The translations under genes and the position numbers were made by a program. From the human T2T-CHM13v2.0 reference genome, Homo sapiens, in assembly GCF_009914755.1 (NCBI RefSeq), contig NC_060947.1: a stretch of DNA of 64,000 nt. The stretch is one strand, 5' to 3'. The stretch's first letter is position 1. Each line of letters opens with the position of its first letter. The notes beneath the pieces were generated by a model. That model was not told the DNA's origin. It made no database searches and worked only from the letters and a program-made list of their open reading frames with translations. Below are positions 63,400 to 64,000 of the stretch, piece by piece.

Positions 63400-63549
63400 A
63401 GAAGTCATTTTTCTCTGGTGACTTAAGACTTTGTTTATGAAGGTGGGATGGGCCAGTGTATGTATTGATAGGGGAAAATCTTTGCAAATGTGGACAAGGA
63501 CACAGAAAAAAAAATGGACATTTTGCTTGGACATTGCCCCTGAGACAAT

Positions 63550-63760
63550 TATTTCAAGACTTGGTTACAGCTTTTGGCTATGGGACCTTGGGCAAGTTTC
63601 TTCCCTTCTCTGAGACTTGGCGCCCCCATCTATAAGGTGGGATCAACAAAGCCAGCCCACCTGAGTCCCAGAGTTGTTATGAGAGAGGGGCCTATAAGAT
63701 AACTAACATGCAAACAGAATTTGTAGACTTCAAAGTGTTGAGCATGTTGAGCACATGTGA
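63550..63760 (+). mobile_element. MIR fragment
   Basis: gaccttgggcaagtttcttcccttctctgag...catctataaggtggg. Confidence 0.75.
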
Positions 63761-64000
63761 AGGGTTATCTCCCCACCCAGAGGAAAACAGGGGTACAAAC
63801 GTGGAGACTATCATGTCTTTCGGCTATCTTCTGCATGTTCAGTGTCAGTGGAGAGGCTCAGAAAATGTTTTGTCTACTATGGTTCAAGGGTAGATTGGGC
63901 ACTGGGAAGCAACCAGTGCCCAGGAGGGGTGGAAGGAATCTCTGAGTCAGAGGTGAGAATGGAAGAGGCAAAGGATGTAAAGATCTTGAGTAGGATCTTG

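Overview
Primate (human-like) genomic DNA. It is moderately GC-rich, CpG-depleted and packed with interspersed repeats: 9 full-length Alus plus a FLAM, about 45 MIR fragments, long L2 and L3/CR1 relics, L1M 3' ends, and hAT and Tigger MITEs. I see no credible protein-coding gene, RNA gene or CRISPR. The supplied ORFs are explained by Alu, L2 or L3 remnants, simple repeats, or GC-rich stop-poor sequence. The unique fraction looks like an enhancer-rich gene desert or large intron. It has two orphan CpG-island-like segments (~43.9-44.4 kb and ~52.25-52.8 kb) and many short AT-rich islands dense in homeodomain, SOX, FOX and TCF motifs. The best leads are four. (1) A possible unannotated + strand spliced transcript around the 44-kb CpG island, with well-formed candidate exons at 43801-43850 and 44987-45140 and a 53-codon strong-Kozak small ORF. 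(2) A ~97-bp in-place inversion inside an L2 that still carries endonuclease motifs. (3) A ~20-bp insertion with a TSD that resembles an ultra-truncated L1. (4) A long L3 relic split by nested younger insertions. The locus could not be identified from sequence alone. Repeat subfamily names come from recalled consensus similarity, not alignment, and ancient-repeat boundaries are approximate. Nothing here demonstrates a new biological system; the findings are hypotheses.
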